A stretch of 39,390 nt of DNA from Paraglomus brasilianum (lineage: Eukaryota), in NCBI GenBank assembly GCA_910592345.1, contig CAJVPI010000247.1, positions 1 to 39,390 on the forward strand, given 5' to 3'. The notes below the pieces were generated by a model. It searched no databases. It worked only from the letters and a program-made list of their open reading frames with translations, and was not told the DNA's origin. A program made the translations under genes and the position numbers. This document shows positions 12,481-24,425 of the stretch, in pieces (the first letter of the stretch is position 1; each line of letters opens with the position of its first letter).

Positions 12481-14131
12481 TCTATTAAACATTGTTTACT
12501 GTACATTATACATTATCATCTCGTATTTGGTTGTACAGATTGGAGCTTTTTTCATGTGCTTGGATGCTGATTAAAAAGATAATATTGGCTGAGCTCTAAA
12601 TCCATCCAATCAATCCGCAATTGATGGTGCGAGTTGCTCACGATAATCAAAGTGCTGCAATCTTATCCATTTGCAGCAAGAACAAAACTTTTTTTTTTCC
12701 GCATCCCACCGAATACCACAACATTTCCCACAATCTCTAAACACGACTTGTCAAATAGCATCCCACCAACGATAACTGCGTGTGATTTAATATTCTCGGT
12801 TACACGACATATATTAATATAACTTCAGGATAATGAACAATGTTATTTCACTTTACAAACCCTATTTCCTTTTTCTTTTTTTTTTTCTTTTTTTTTTTTG
12901 CCCATCAAAAGCCTTTTCTTTGACTACATCCTCCGACTCGGTGATGACTATTCCGAATACCCCAATCATGCACATACTCCGCACATACGTTCGTTTGGAT
13001 GCATGAATAAACCCCCCCAAACGTCAACAGGGCAGTGCCTGGTTATGCAGGCTCGGATGGAACACTCCCACAGTATATGTCAACTGTCTTGCTAACCGTG
13101 GCACGTGTTCATAGTGGCTAAAGGATTTACCATATCTGTTCTGATTGTAACAAGTCCATCCCTAATTCTGGTTCACGAGATCAACGTCCCAAATTGTTTG
13201 GCAATCGCGAGACTGCTCATTTAAACTTGTCATTAAGAGTTCGGATTTCCCCAAAATGGTAACGAAAAAACAAGAGTGATGACGGATGCTCTCCAACTTT
13301 ACTAATCTTCTGATAAGGTTTGATATGGTAATCACAAGTTTCAAAAGTGGCGCTGTGTTGATACTTTTGGGATACAGTAACAAGGGAATATCTGAGAGAA
13401 ACAAAATGAGGTATTGGATATTTTTGGCATAAATGGAAATCCACACATTCACTCTCTTGATCCCATAATTGGGACGTGGTAGTGCATGATAAACTGCTGA
13501 ACGCTACATTGGTAAACAGTGAGTTTGTAGTCTATGTATGGGTCTTTGCTAACGTAATAATAGTTTGTTTATTAATAGATGACGCTGGAGGTGCGTCAGA
13601 GGAAAAGTCCTCAGACCCCAAAACCATTTTGGCTATTTTTTGGCACACCAAGTGAATCGTACTTTGCTTAATGGAAAAGACGAGAGTATAAGACGATAGC
13701 GACTATCTGTGACATTCAGCAGTTTTACTTCTTGTGATTTATATGTGTTATTGTCGCAGCATGCCACACAAAATTAAAAAAATGTCTGATTAATCTGAAG
13801 GTTTAAATGTTTCCCTTCCTTCACATTAATATTACCTACACGTACAATTACAAATACGCCAATTAGTATCAGATTCAACTATGGCCGTAAAAGAATTCCC
13901 ATGAGGGCACTAGTCTTAGAATACAACCGAGAAAAAGGGAGGTATGTGATACGCTGATAAGAGTAATACGCGATGTTAGCATCGAGTTCTTCTTAATTGT
14001 GGACGTTAGCCCGTCATATGTCATTAACGTATTTACGATTAGTGGCTTTATCCCTGATTTACCGGCAATAATCCCCGGCCATCATTGAACCACTTGCGCA
14101 TTCGCAAAGGTTAATATCAACTCCAACGCGT

Positions 14132-15329
14132 TCAGTCTTCGAAGCACTCATCTTCATCATTCCACTTGATAAGTGCAATGTCAATCCCCATCCGAGATAG
14201 CATTGATTTCATTGATATGTCATCTGCAAAGTTTTCGTGTTTAACCGACTCGTCCGTATCATCTTCATCCGAGTAAGCTGGTGGTGAGTTTTTCTCGTCC
14301 CAGTTATAATGACCTTCTGCAAACCATGATGTACGGCCCGATCGTTCTAGAACCGACATGCCATGCTTCATGTTATTAAAACAGAATTCTGCAGCTTCCT
14401 GGCTTGCTTTTCGCCATTTAATAATGAGTGCTTGAATAACACTGTCTTCGTCCTGGTGAACGCTGTATTGTTAAAATTTATATTTCATGGTTAGATTTAT
14501 GGATATATACCAAATACCTGTTTATGGTATTTAAGCGCCATCTTTGCTCGTCTGACACTGTCTTCGATTTTAGCAACCTCCGTTTCGAGGCTATTCTTGC
14601 CCTTGAGTAAATCGGTCAGCTCTGGGTATCTTGCAATGAATTCTGTGAACCTTGCAGGCTTTTGTGCAGCTTTTGATGCGTTCGATCGAGGGCTCGTTAA
14701 TCGACGCGCAGCTGAAGAACCAGAATGGTGGAGTTTTCGATATGGCGCAGGATAAAGTTGTGTATCAGAAATTATAGACGACAATTCGCGATTTGGTCTC
14801 TTGAGACGTTTGCTTGAATTGCAATCCTATTTAAACAACAACTGAGTATTGGAAGACAGTCTAGAATGGGGGACTTGACAGTACCAAGAACCTTACCGTC
14901 GACGCTCGATGTTGGTTAGTCTTTTTTTCGGGCACTGTAGAACTAATCGTTGAATCTTTCAAGCAATTGTGATTAATCTCGGCATAGTTTCTTGAAGTGC
15001 AGAGTAGAGTGACTTCACGACCTTGGTGGTCGGTTCGCATGTTCTCGACTTGTATCAGGCCAGCCTCAGTTAGTCTGCTAACAAATCGCTGTACAGATAC
15101 TAATGTCTTTACAAGAAAAGTAATTTAATGAGTGCAAGTCGGGGCTATGCAGCGGGTACGCACGTATATATATATATCTGACCTTTGCTTCAAAGTTATC
15201 TGAACTTGATTCAAGAACGCATATGTGGGCTAATTCACGGATAGTCCAGTTACGTGCATGCGTCACAAATACAGCACGAAAGAACAAATCATATGTCGAT
15301 GGTTTTCTCCTTCCCAAGGCTTCTCTCAT
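14132..15329 (-). CDS. Sfr1/Mei5 (Swi5-dependent recombination factor)-like protein, ~322 aa; exons 15329-15183, 15088-14897, 14826-14518, 14452-14132
   Basis: Four phase-0 exons join in frame. Coiled coil followed by LIIKWRKASQEAAE and the C-terminal motif SMKSMLSRMGIDIALIKWNDEDECFED, which match the Sfr1/Mei5 family pattern. Confidence 0.8.
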
Positions 15330-15419
15330 TTTCGGTGAATGTTACGCGTTTCCAAGTAACCAATAACAACAATATCATTGCAGAAAAGAGCTAGATCACA
15401 CATTGAATTAGGAAATATA

Positions 15420-15818
15420 CCGTATCCTCTCGTGAATAATAATAAGCACCGCACCTATCGTGAATAGGCACCCCCTGATTACCACTATTAGCAACATAAC
15501 CCTCCCCCCACAAACAGTTTATTACATAATAGCACCTGATTATAAAATTTTATTAAAAGTCTTCGTTCTCTTTGTTCCATTGATATCCTCTAATGTTATT
15601 ATAAGATGCCCTTCATCCTTCTCTTCTCCATCACCTTCCTCTATGATCAAACCATCTTCTGAGCCATCTAAAGCATTTGAGATGCCGCATTTTTCGAAGG
15701 ACTTGACTACCATCTCAACACGGCAGCGCGATTACTTTTAGATAACCTCCTAAAGTTTATTATCTACGTGATGGTTGCCGATCATTTTCATATGGTGCTT
15801 ATTCACGAGAAAATACGG
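15420..15818 (-). mobile_element. pogo/Tc1-mariner-type internally deleted DNA transposon (~400 bp) with TA target duplication
   Basis: TIRs CCGTATCCTCTCGTGAATAA(TAATAA)GCACC and GGTGCTTATTCACGAGAAAATACGG, each flanked by TA. Minus strand retains MVVKSFEKCGISNALDGSEDGLI, the typical C-terminal end of pogo DDE transposases. Confidence 0.85.
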
Positions 15819-16029
15819 TAACCATTTCTACTAAAAATCATTTACCATATCAATGCCATAGATCAAGAGACCTGAGACCAAATTGGAGAATTTGTCAAGA
15901 ACTTGTACAAAAAATGGGTTTACTATCAAACGTGAACTTAAAGAAGAAGCCACAAAAATTTTGAGAACTTCCTTCAAGTTATAGTGAAACTTATCCTCCA
16001 TCTGAATTTTTAATATTATTTTTCCTAGG

Positions 16030-18050
16030 TTTGCTATGAAAAAATTTTGAAGACACTACAGACCTATAAGAAGCAATCAATTTCGAGGCACTATGGAAGA
16101 TGAACGCATGGCTGAAAAAATAGAGATCCTGAGGCTTATTATAGAAGATTAAACAGATTTAATTTCTTTGGTAATTTCAACAACACTTGCTTTTTTAGTT
16201 TTTAATAAATTGAATTCTGTATAAGCACCATTAGCAACCAGCTGGGCTTTGACAATTCCAGGATTAGCTGCTTCAAAAATAAAATGCTGATATTTTTGTA
16301 AACCACTCAATTTCTTAAAGAAAATCCCCAGCACGGAATTAAGATCCAAGTATTGAAAGCCTTTGCCGTTTTCATAGCACTGAGCTTTGTTTAATCCCGC
16401 TGTACTCGATTTTTTCACAACTTCAAAAATATGATCCACGCAATCTACGGTTGTTTTGCGGTATAGCTTCTTGACCAATCCAAAACTACCATCACAACTG
16501 AATTTAGTATGTCCAGGTACCATAAAATTTAATTCTATACTTTCATAATAGCCGCAAATTATTAAATATAGGTAAAATCAAATGGTAGCATTATTTTTAT
16601 TCTGACCACCTGCATTGTCACAAGACATGTTTCACCTTTATTTAATTGCTTAATCCCATCGAATACCGGGCTCAGCGTGCCATTAGGGCCTTTGCCGATA
16701 ATTTTATCTTCATCAAGAACGTAATTAATTTGTTCGTGGACTGCTTCATTTTGGATACCAAATAAATACACTTTACGCGGACTGAGATAATAAATCTTAC
16801 TTACCTGTTGATCGGAATAGGGAACATGAACGTTTTGCGCTCAATCATAGCTGTAATGAGCAGTCGCGCCAACGCTACAATAATCAGCTTTACCTCTTAT
16901 TATAAACTGCTCATCGACTAATTTTCTTTGTTCTTCTGCTAATTTCGTATTTTGTTGTAATAATTTCTCTCTAACTTAGCTTTAACTAGATGTTCTTTGA
17001 ATTTTTTCAATAAATCTTTCGCTTCTTCTTCCTTGCGAGCATTGTATTGTAAGCCGTTCCGAAAATGTTGGCACGCGTCACATAAATCCGTTCTTGGACT
17101 CATGATTTGAATATAAGGCGTTAATTGATGCCACAACTTGCGGTATGCGTCATATTTTAATAATTTCAATGTGCTATCGTTTTCAAGACCTGCAATAAAA
17201 TTACGATAGACTGACTTGTAACTTGTTTCAGCTGGCAAAAGCGTAAGCGATTGAGTAATGCGATTGACATTTCTACCAGGACTTGGTAGTCCATGAATTT
17301 CCGCATAGTTTTCGAGAAAATTCCTCACAGCGGTAGCAACAGTTATATCAATGGTTATTTTGGTTTTCCATCGCGGCACTCGTTTTATGTTACCATGAAT
17401 ACGTGGTATTATACCATTCGTTGCCAGATGATTTCTGACGTTTTCGAAGTGCGTGCGGCAATTCCTAACATATTAAGATACGTTTTCTGACAAAGTGGCG
17501 TATTGCGATCTCAATAATAAAAAGTTCTCTTATTAGCACGCGTTTTCTTTTTAAGACGGCGGCTGGTAGTTATTTCTCCACCATTCATTGCTTTCAACTG
17601 GGCCATTAAAAATATATCTTGCTCGGATCTGGAGAGAGCTTGAAATGCTTCACGTAATTCGGCAAACTTTTCTCTCGGAATCTTTTGAGAACAACCACAA
17701 TTGCAACCTATCTCTAAGAAGCGCATGGCTTTTTCATATTCAGTCGAACCATTATAATTGTAATTTTCCATATACGGGTAATCCTATATATATAAATTTT
17801 ATCATTTTGCAATTTTATTGGTACATTCATAGTGATCATTAATTGTAGCAATGGTTTCACAAATATCAACTGCAGACAACGTCTAAACCAAATATGATGT
17901 TAATTACGACAGAAAAATCTTTTAACATGCATAATTTACTGTATTTTGTTTAGTAGAATCTGCTGATAGTTCTTTTTCATAATCTCAGATGCAGTTACTT
18001 TCAAAGTGTCTTTCTCTATCTTCACATGCAAATACCTGCCCATCATAATT
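16030..18050 (-). pseudogene. Decayed Sola1-like (DUF7869-type) DDD transposase, copy 1
   Basis: Consecutive ORF fragments broken by stops and frameshifts: GCNCGC, CQKTYLNMLGI, HGN, PRTDLCDAC, YD*AQNVHVP, DNAGGQNKN, FMVPGHTKFSCDGSFG. Superfamily assignment rests on the DN.GQNKN / GHT..CD motifs. Confidence 0.7.
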
Positions 18051-18089
18051 AGACTCTGGGTTAAACTAAAGCTCACTTAAAATCATCCC

Positions 18090-18780
18090 CTATTAGGCGA
18101 AGAACACGGTCTTCCTTGTCATGATGCAAGATCGTAACTTGCTTGTAATCATCCGAGCAGAGTACATGCCAGAAGTTAGGATTTACACTTCAAACACATT
18201 TGGAGTGATGACGAAAGTCAATAACAACCCATTCATTCATTGGAATGGTTTTATATTCACCATCCTGATCAAATTGCTTTGCATGATCCCCCAACCTTCT
18301 GCCCTTGCACAGCAATTCAATCCCCCAGCCATATTTACCATCAACGTAGAAGTCAAGGAACCCATTTGAACCAAAAATATGCCTGACATCAGGGCTAATT
18401 GTTGTATCTTTTGGTATTACACTCTTTGCAGTACGATACCATTCCATCTGCCAAGTTCACTCAAGCAAGTAGGAATCATACCCCAGTCCAAAAGAGTTTT
18501 TCAAGACAGATGGAGAAATTTGCTCAATTGTCCACAACAAGAATTCATCAAACATCTGTGTGGGTGAATTTGGTAGGCTGGCAGTAAACAGCTGGTTACT
18601 CAGGGCAATCTGCATAATAGGGGCAGCAAAATACATTTTTTCGCTGGAATAGTCTTCGATAATGATACCGATCTTGAGGAATATTTCAATTGTTGGATGT
18701 CCAAGACAGTCGATAGATTCGAAAGTCAAGTCAGGGTTACATTTGAGTAGCACCATTATTACTTTTCAAAACGTCATCAG
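18090..18780 (-). pseudogene. Crinkler-type (CR) C-terminal restriction-endonuclease-like domain pseudogene
   Basis: FAAPI..., LLE*TWQMEWYR, ISPDV, GFLDFYVDGKYGWGIELL..G..L.DH...F...GEY...W.VIDFR match CRN REase C-termini; in-frame TGA and many Arg-loss substitutions. Confidence 0.75.
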
Positions 18781-19370
18781 TCACCCTGATCAATTTTACA
18801 GTCACATCATAATCAGCCTCTCATTTATAAAATGCTCACTTTGTCTGGTTTTGTTGCAGCATGCCCCATTTATAGACTCTTATTATATGGGCGTACGAGA
18901 GGCTATGACGTATTGAAGATTTGGCTTACGAGATATACAGTTCATAATAGCTATGGAATCGACGACGAAATGACTCGTATTTACATATTACTATGCATCG
19001 GTAACTAAAAGTCCTGAATTTGGGAATGCTTTATGTACCGATTTAGGCATGATGAATATTGTTTGCAAAACACGTCAATAGACGTCAGGGAAATTTTAAT
19101 AACATGGCTTTTGCTTTTTGGCCAATTAGATATCCGCATGTTGTAAGAACTAAAGCTTGTATATGTAATATTGCACTGCATCCTCATCCATTCTGCGACA
19201 CGATTCCCGTAAACAAGTTGTTTTGTATGCAAACTTGAATGAAAAAACTTGATGCAATCTTTTAATGTATTATATGTAAATAACGGACATAAATAATAAT
19301 AAGTTTAAATATAAATTAATTAAGCGTCTCCTTACACGTGATTGATAAACCCCCACCCATTCCTTCGCCC

Positions 19371-22300
19371 TCATATCCCAGCTGCATCCAAGCGCTCTCT
19401 AAGCATGTTGACTTCTTCCTCAAGATTCTCTCTCATACTCCTCTCTACCGCCAACTTGTTTTCATAATCTGCCTTTAACTTGTTAATTTCTTCGTTGATC
19501 AACTTTTTCAGTCGAAATTCAACTTCCGACTGATTGGGAACGCCGCTGAACTGATTAAATCGACTAGAAATCGATTTCACTCCACCAATCGGTTTAGTAT
19601 TCACACCCTCGTCTGTACTCTCACTTGTCCCAACTGCAGGTGCCGGTTTCTTGGTAACTGAACGCAACTGAACGGAACCCGCTCCAGGGCTCGCGTATGG
19701 TAATTTCACGAAACTCGGCTTTGGCGGTTTTTCTGGTTTGGCGGCGAGTGGCGGCGCTTCACGGGCGATAGGCGCCGCTTTGGAAGCCGTCGTGTCATTT
19801 TTAGTCTGCGCGTAAGCAATAAAAATTAATCATTATCGTTGCTAAAGAAGTTTGAAGCCGATCGAATAACAAATTGGTTACTTACGGATGATATTGCCTC
19901 CTCTAAAGTAGCAGTTTGGGTCACGGCGGCATTAGTCTTTATTGACTTGGAACTCTGAGCCTTTCTTCTTAATGCTGGCCTATCCTTTCCTAATCCGCTT
20001 AGTTTTGGTCCTGAAGGCAATGGCGGCAGTTCGGGTGGCTTGGCCACAGTTTCCGTGTCTTGCTTACTGTGTTCCTTATCTTGTTCCTCATCTTTCAAAT
20101 TTGGTTTTTCTTCTTCTTCTTCTTCTTGTTCCTCAACTTTATCGTCTTTCGCTGCGGTTTCATCTTCGACGACGGTATCAATCTCAGTTTCTTCTTTTTC
20201 CACTGCCTTCGTCTCTTCAACAGTTGTGCCATCATCCTCTAACTCTTCTCCCGCACGTTCTTCTTTTGCAAGTTCAGCGTGCACAGGTTCCTTGACGATT
20301 TCCACCTCTTCTTCCACTTCCTCCTTCTCATCCTCTTCTTTCTCTTCCACCTCATCCCCTTTTACATCTTCTTCCTCTTCCACATCTTCTTCTTTTTCTA
20401 CTTTTTCCTCCTCTTCCTCCGACTCCATTTCTTCTTCTTTTTCTACTTTTTCCTCTTCTTCCGTTCTCTCCTCTTCCTCTTCAATAGAAATAGTCTCGGA
20501 CTTTTCAGAAGGGCGTCTTTGTGGTCGAGAGGGTAAGGCCATCGGCACAGGCGGAGAAATAACTTTCTTCGGTTCGTCTGGGGCTCGCTTACTATTTCCA
20601 GGTGATGGACTTTTACCAGCTTGCGGAGACTTGGGAATTTGAGGGATTGAGGGTGGCTTTGCTAAAGATATAGGCCTGGGCGTCCCAGCCTTGGTTTCGA
20701 TATGAGAGCTAGGTCTAGTAAATTTTGGCCTCGGCGGTGCAACGGGATGCTCAGCACGTGGAGAAGTTGCACTCTCGGTAACATCATTGGCTTCTGATGG
20801 CGGTATTGGCTTTGGCACCTGGCGACTGGGTAAAGGTGGAGATCTCACTGGACTTTTGATTGGAGGCGAGTCTTGGTTAGGGGATTTTGGAGAGGGGGAT
20901 GGTGGTAAATCATAGGTAGAGCGCCTTTTCGTTGTTGTCTCTTTGGACTGTTTCGGTAAGCTCTCGTGGGTCGAACGTCTGGTTGGGACAGGTGGTATAT
21001 TTTCTGTAGGAGAATCTGTCGAACTTGATGTTTGTCGGCTGTGTGGTGTTGACTGTGAGCTATGAACAGAAGCCGGTCTTGCGCTTTTGGGGCTTGATGG
21101 CCGCTGAGTGGCGGAAGCACCTAGCGTCTTGGAACGTGTGACAGATTTCGTTGACGGTTTTTTAACAAGTTCCGTGGCTTGCTCCTCGGGTTGTGAAACA
21201 GGCTCATCGGTCATGGCCTCTGTATCTTTTCGATCCTCATCCTCAACATTCTTATCCGATAACTGCGTTTCTTCAGCAATTTTTGTTTGCAAACTTTCGT
21301 TGTCGGTTTTCGTCGCTTTATTTTCCTCCACAGCAGCCACTTCTTCCACATAAGGAGAAGGAAACAGCCCCATTTCCCCTTGTTCATTACGTCCTTTCCA
21401 CCACCCTTCGTCGGATTTGTCCAGAATGGTTACATAACTTCCCTTCGCCAGTGAAATCTCATCTTTAATTCAATATTCAGGGCAATTGTAAGTGGTAGCT
21501 GATTACGTTTGGTATGATTGCGAGTATTGAGAAGGAACTTTTCATACCATCTCCGTCAGCCTCATAGTCAAAGGTAACCAAAGCCCTTGGCACTGTAGTA
21601 GAGACGCAAGCCAATATGAATAGATATGTAAACCAGAATTGATGAAAACTAATAAAAATATTCACATTGAGGTTTTCCCGACTTCCGACTCTTGAATGGC
21701 AATGGAGGAGGTTTTGCCACCGTCTTCTCTGAGCTATTGCGACGCACTTGAGCCCCTGGAAGCTACGTTATATGACAATTACAGTAAGTCAGATATATTT
21801 ACATTTGCTGTGTTCGTAATATTACTGTCACTATATTGTGAAATTAATACAAGACTTGGGATTCAGCAGCGCGAAATTTACCACAGGTGGAGACGCCAGT
21901 CTTTTCTCTTTATTGGAAGCAACAGGTTCTGCTGATTCGGACTGGTGACCGGTAGACTTTCTTAATGGAAACTCGTGTCCTTGACTTTCTTCCTTTTTGT
22001 GCTGATCCTTTGACTCTTCGATTGGTGTATTACGCGTCTTCTTCAGAGATGGTACACCTCCAGCGAATAAACCACCAAGACCTCCCAGTTTAACACCATA
22101 TGCAGCAAGATTTTTCTTCTTAGCTGTAAAGAGTGAATATTCAATATAAGCATGTGACAAATAACATGGTTTATAGTTTAAATGACAATCAAGTTACATT
22201 GTTTCTCAGGTTCCTCTGAGGAATCGACATTACTCGGAACCTCAATAAGCTTAACGTGCTTTATTTGTGTAGAAAAATGATATTAGAGTTGCTTTTTCCC

Positions 22301-22978
22301 GCGTTAAAAACAGATGCACGATTCTAACATTCTTACATACGTTTGCTGGAAATGTTCCAATATTGCCATTTAAGTCACCCTTCCACCATCCTTGGTTCTG
22401 TTCTAGAACAGTGACAACACCACCTTTCTGAAGTGATAGTTCACCGCGTTCGCGAGCCACATAATCATATTCCACGACGGCGAGCCTGGGAACTGGTACG
22501 CCGTAAAATTTAACATCGATATTGACTGACGAAAGATTGTTTACAAATAATAAGTTTGCATACCATCGGGCTCTTTGATTTCCTTTGGTAATTCATCAGT
22601 ATCAGCTTCTTCGGCAATTGGTTCTGAAGACTCGATTTCCTCGACAAACTAAGGGTAAATGTATAAAGTATGAGAAATTCGAATCGCACCACTCCCACTC
22701 GACCATAATCATTTCTGATCATACATTTGAAGGGAAAATTCCCCCTTCGCCAGTATCTTTGACAGCATAATACCAGTCAGCATCTATTTTCTCCTCAACT
22801 TTCACAATTTCGCCAACAATAAGTGAAAGTTCATCTTCGTTTGTCCCTTTGTATTCGGTATGACAGCGAACGACTATTTTTTCTGCACGAGATCAACAAT
22901 AATGACGTAATTAGCATGAACAAATTTGTCTTGATACCAGAAGATCTTGAGAAGCAAGAGACGAACGGTACCAGTCAT
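19371..22978 (-). CDS. Triple-SH3, Pro-rich, acidic, C-terminal coiled-coil adaptor (CIN85/CD2AP-like architecture), multi-exon
   Basis: ATG at 22978 in a 7-nt first exon. SH3-1 EYKGTNEDELSL..DADWY..GIFPSN; SH3-2 EYDYVARERGELSL..GWWKG..GTFPAN; SH3-3 FDYEADGD/DEISL..EGWWKG..GLFPSPYV; PxxP-rich and Glu-rich 515-aa exon; last exon 19805-19371 ends in a coiled coil. Confidence 0.85.
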
Positions 22979-23126
22979 TGTGATAAAGTTTTGCGTGAAT
23001 GAGAGATACAATTGAATTGTATGGAGTTAGAGCACAAACCTGCATGAAATTAATTATTTGAAGTGATTGGTCGGACAGATAAATAGTCGCTCACGCCGCA
23101 CACAATAGCCAACAAATTCTTACAAA

Positions 23127-24425
23127 ATGCAAGTCGAGGACGTGAAAGCAAACGAGAGAAGCCGTATGAGCGATATCGTGGATCTGTCTGCTGATGAAAT
23201 TAATGACAGCGAACTATACTCTAGTACACCTGTGAAGAAGGCTCCAAGGTTTTTCAATTTAGTTTGTATTTTAAGCAATTAATTAAACTATTGCAGTGAA
23301 TCTGGTTACATTGAAATATTGCCTGTTATCCATGCCTTTTCTTTTTCATTTTATAATACGCGCGTGACGACTACCTAAGTAAGTCGACAAGCTTACGAAG
23401 CAAGTGGCGACGAAGCATATTTCAATTAAAGGAAGGAGGTGTGACCTTGTCGTACGTGAAAGTGAAAGTGAAAAAGAACGTTGACTTTGATTTTCCTCCT
23501 TTGTATGGTAATAGAGTACACGTACGGTAGAAGCAGCAAACGTCGCATAGAGTCATCGCCAAAAAACGATAGATCGATTCGTAAATCTATCAAGGACAGT
23601 ACAAACAATTTGTTAAAATACGATAGTTCGACTCGTAAAGAGGTGGCGGAGTATGTGCGTTATGGCGAAGATTCCATAATAGTTAAAGGAGAGTCTTTAA
23701 GCCCCGAACAATGGAGTGACTTGCTTACGTCTGACACTTGGCTGTCTTCAGATCATATTAACGCATATCTTTCTTTACTTATGAGTAATCACAAACATAT
23801 CCACGCCTTTCCCACGTACTTGTATGCTAAGCTATCGACCAAATATGACTATGCGTCTGTGCAAAGATGGACAAAGAAGACATGTATATTCAACAAGTCA
23901 ATTGTGTTTGTTCCAGTCAACGTGACTGAGAATCACTGGCTTCTGGTTGTCATATGGATCAAAGCTGAACGACGTGAACAGATTGAGATATGGGATTCCA
24001 TGGGAGGGGAAGATTATCAAAGGGAAATCGGAGATGTTTTGAAGAGATATCTCATTGATGAGTATGCGAGATATATGGAAGACCGTGAACAACGCAAACT
24101 CGATGATTACAAAATTGAGACCGAGATAGAAAAGTGGCCGGTGAACGTCAAGTTTGATAATACTCAAACTCCGCATTCAAAACAGACAGATGGTAGTTCT
24201 TGTGGGGTTCTTGTCTGTTTATTCGCAAAGGCGTTGGCAGAGGGCTACAAAGAGACTGAGATTATAAATATAGCTCTTCAACGTAGTTCCGCTAAAACAT
24301 ATCGAAACGTGATAGCAGTTGAACTATGGGACGATTACAAGCGAAGGACTGTGCAAGAACATGAGAGTAGCAAAGAAGAAGAAGAAGAAGAAGAAGATAA
24401 TATGGTAATGATTAGTGGTGAGTGA
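23127..24425 (+). CDS. Ulp1/SENP-family (peptidase C48) SUMO/Ubl protease; main exon within 23481-24425, probable 5' exon from ATG 23127
   Basis: WLSSDHINAY, FPTYLY, VQRWTK, VPVN..NHW (His), WDS (Asp), Q.DGSSCG (Cys): intact catalytic triad. The 5' exon structure is tentative because the donor is weak. Confidence 0.8.

Noticed and set aside
19942..21468. Ser-rich and Phe-rich + strand ORFs
   Set aside because: Antisense shadows of the Glu/Lys-rich exon of the SH3 adaptor.
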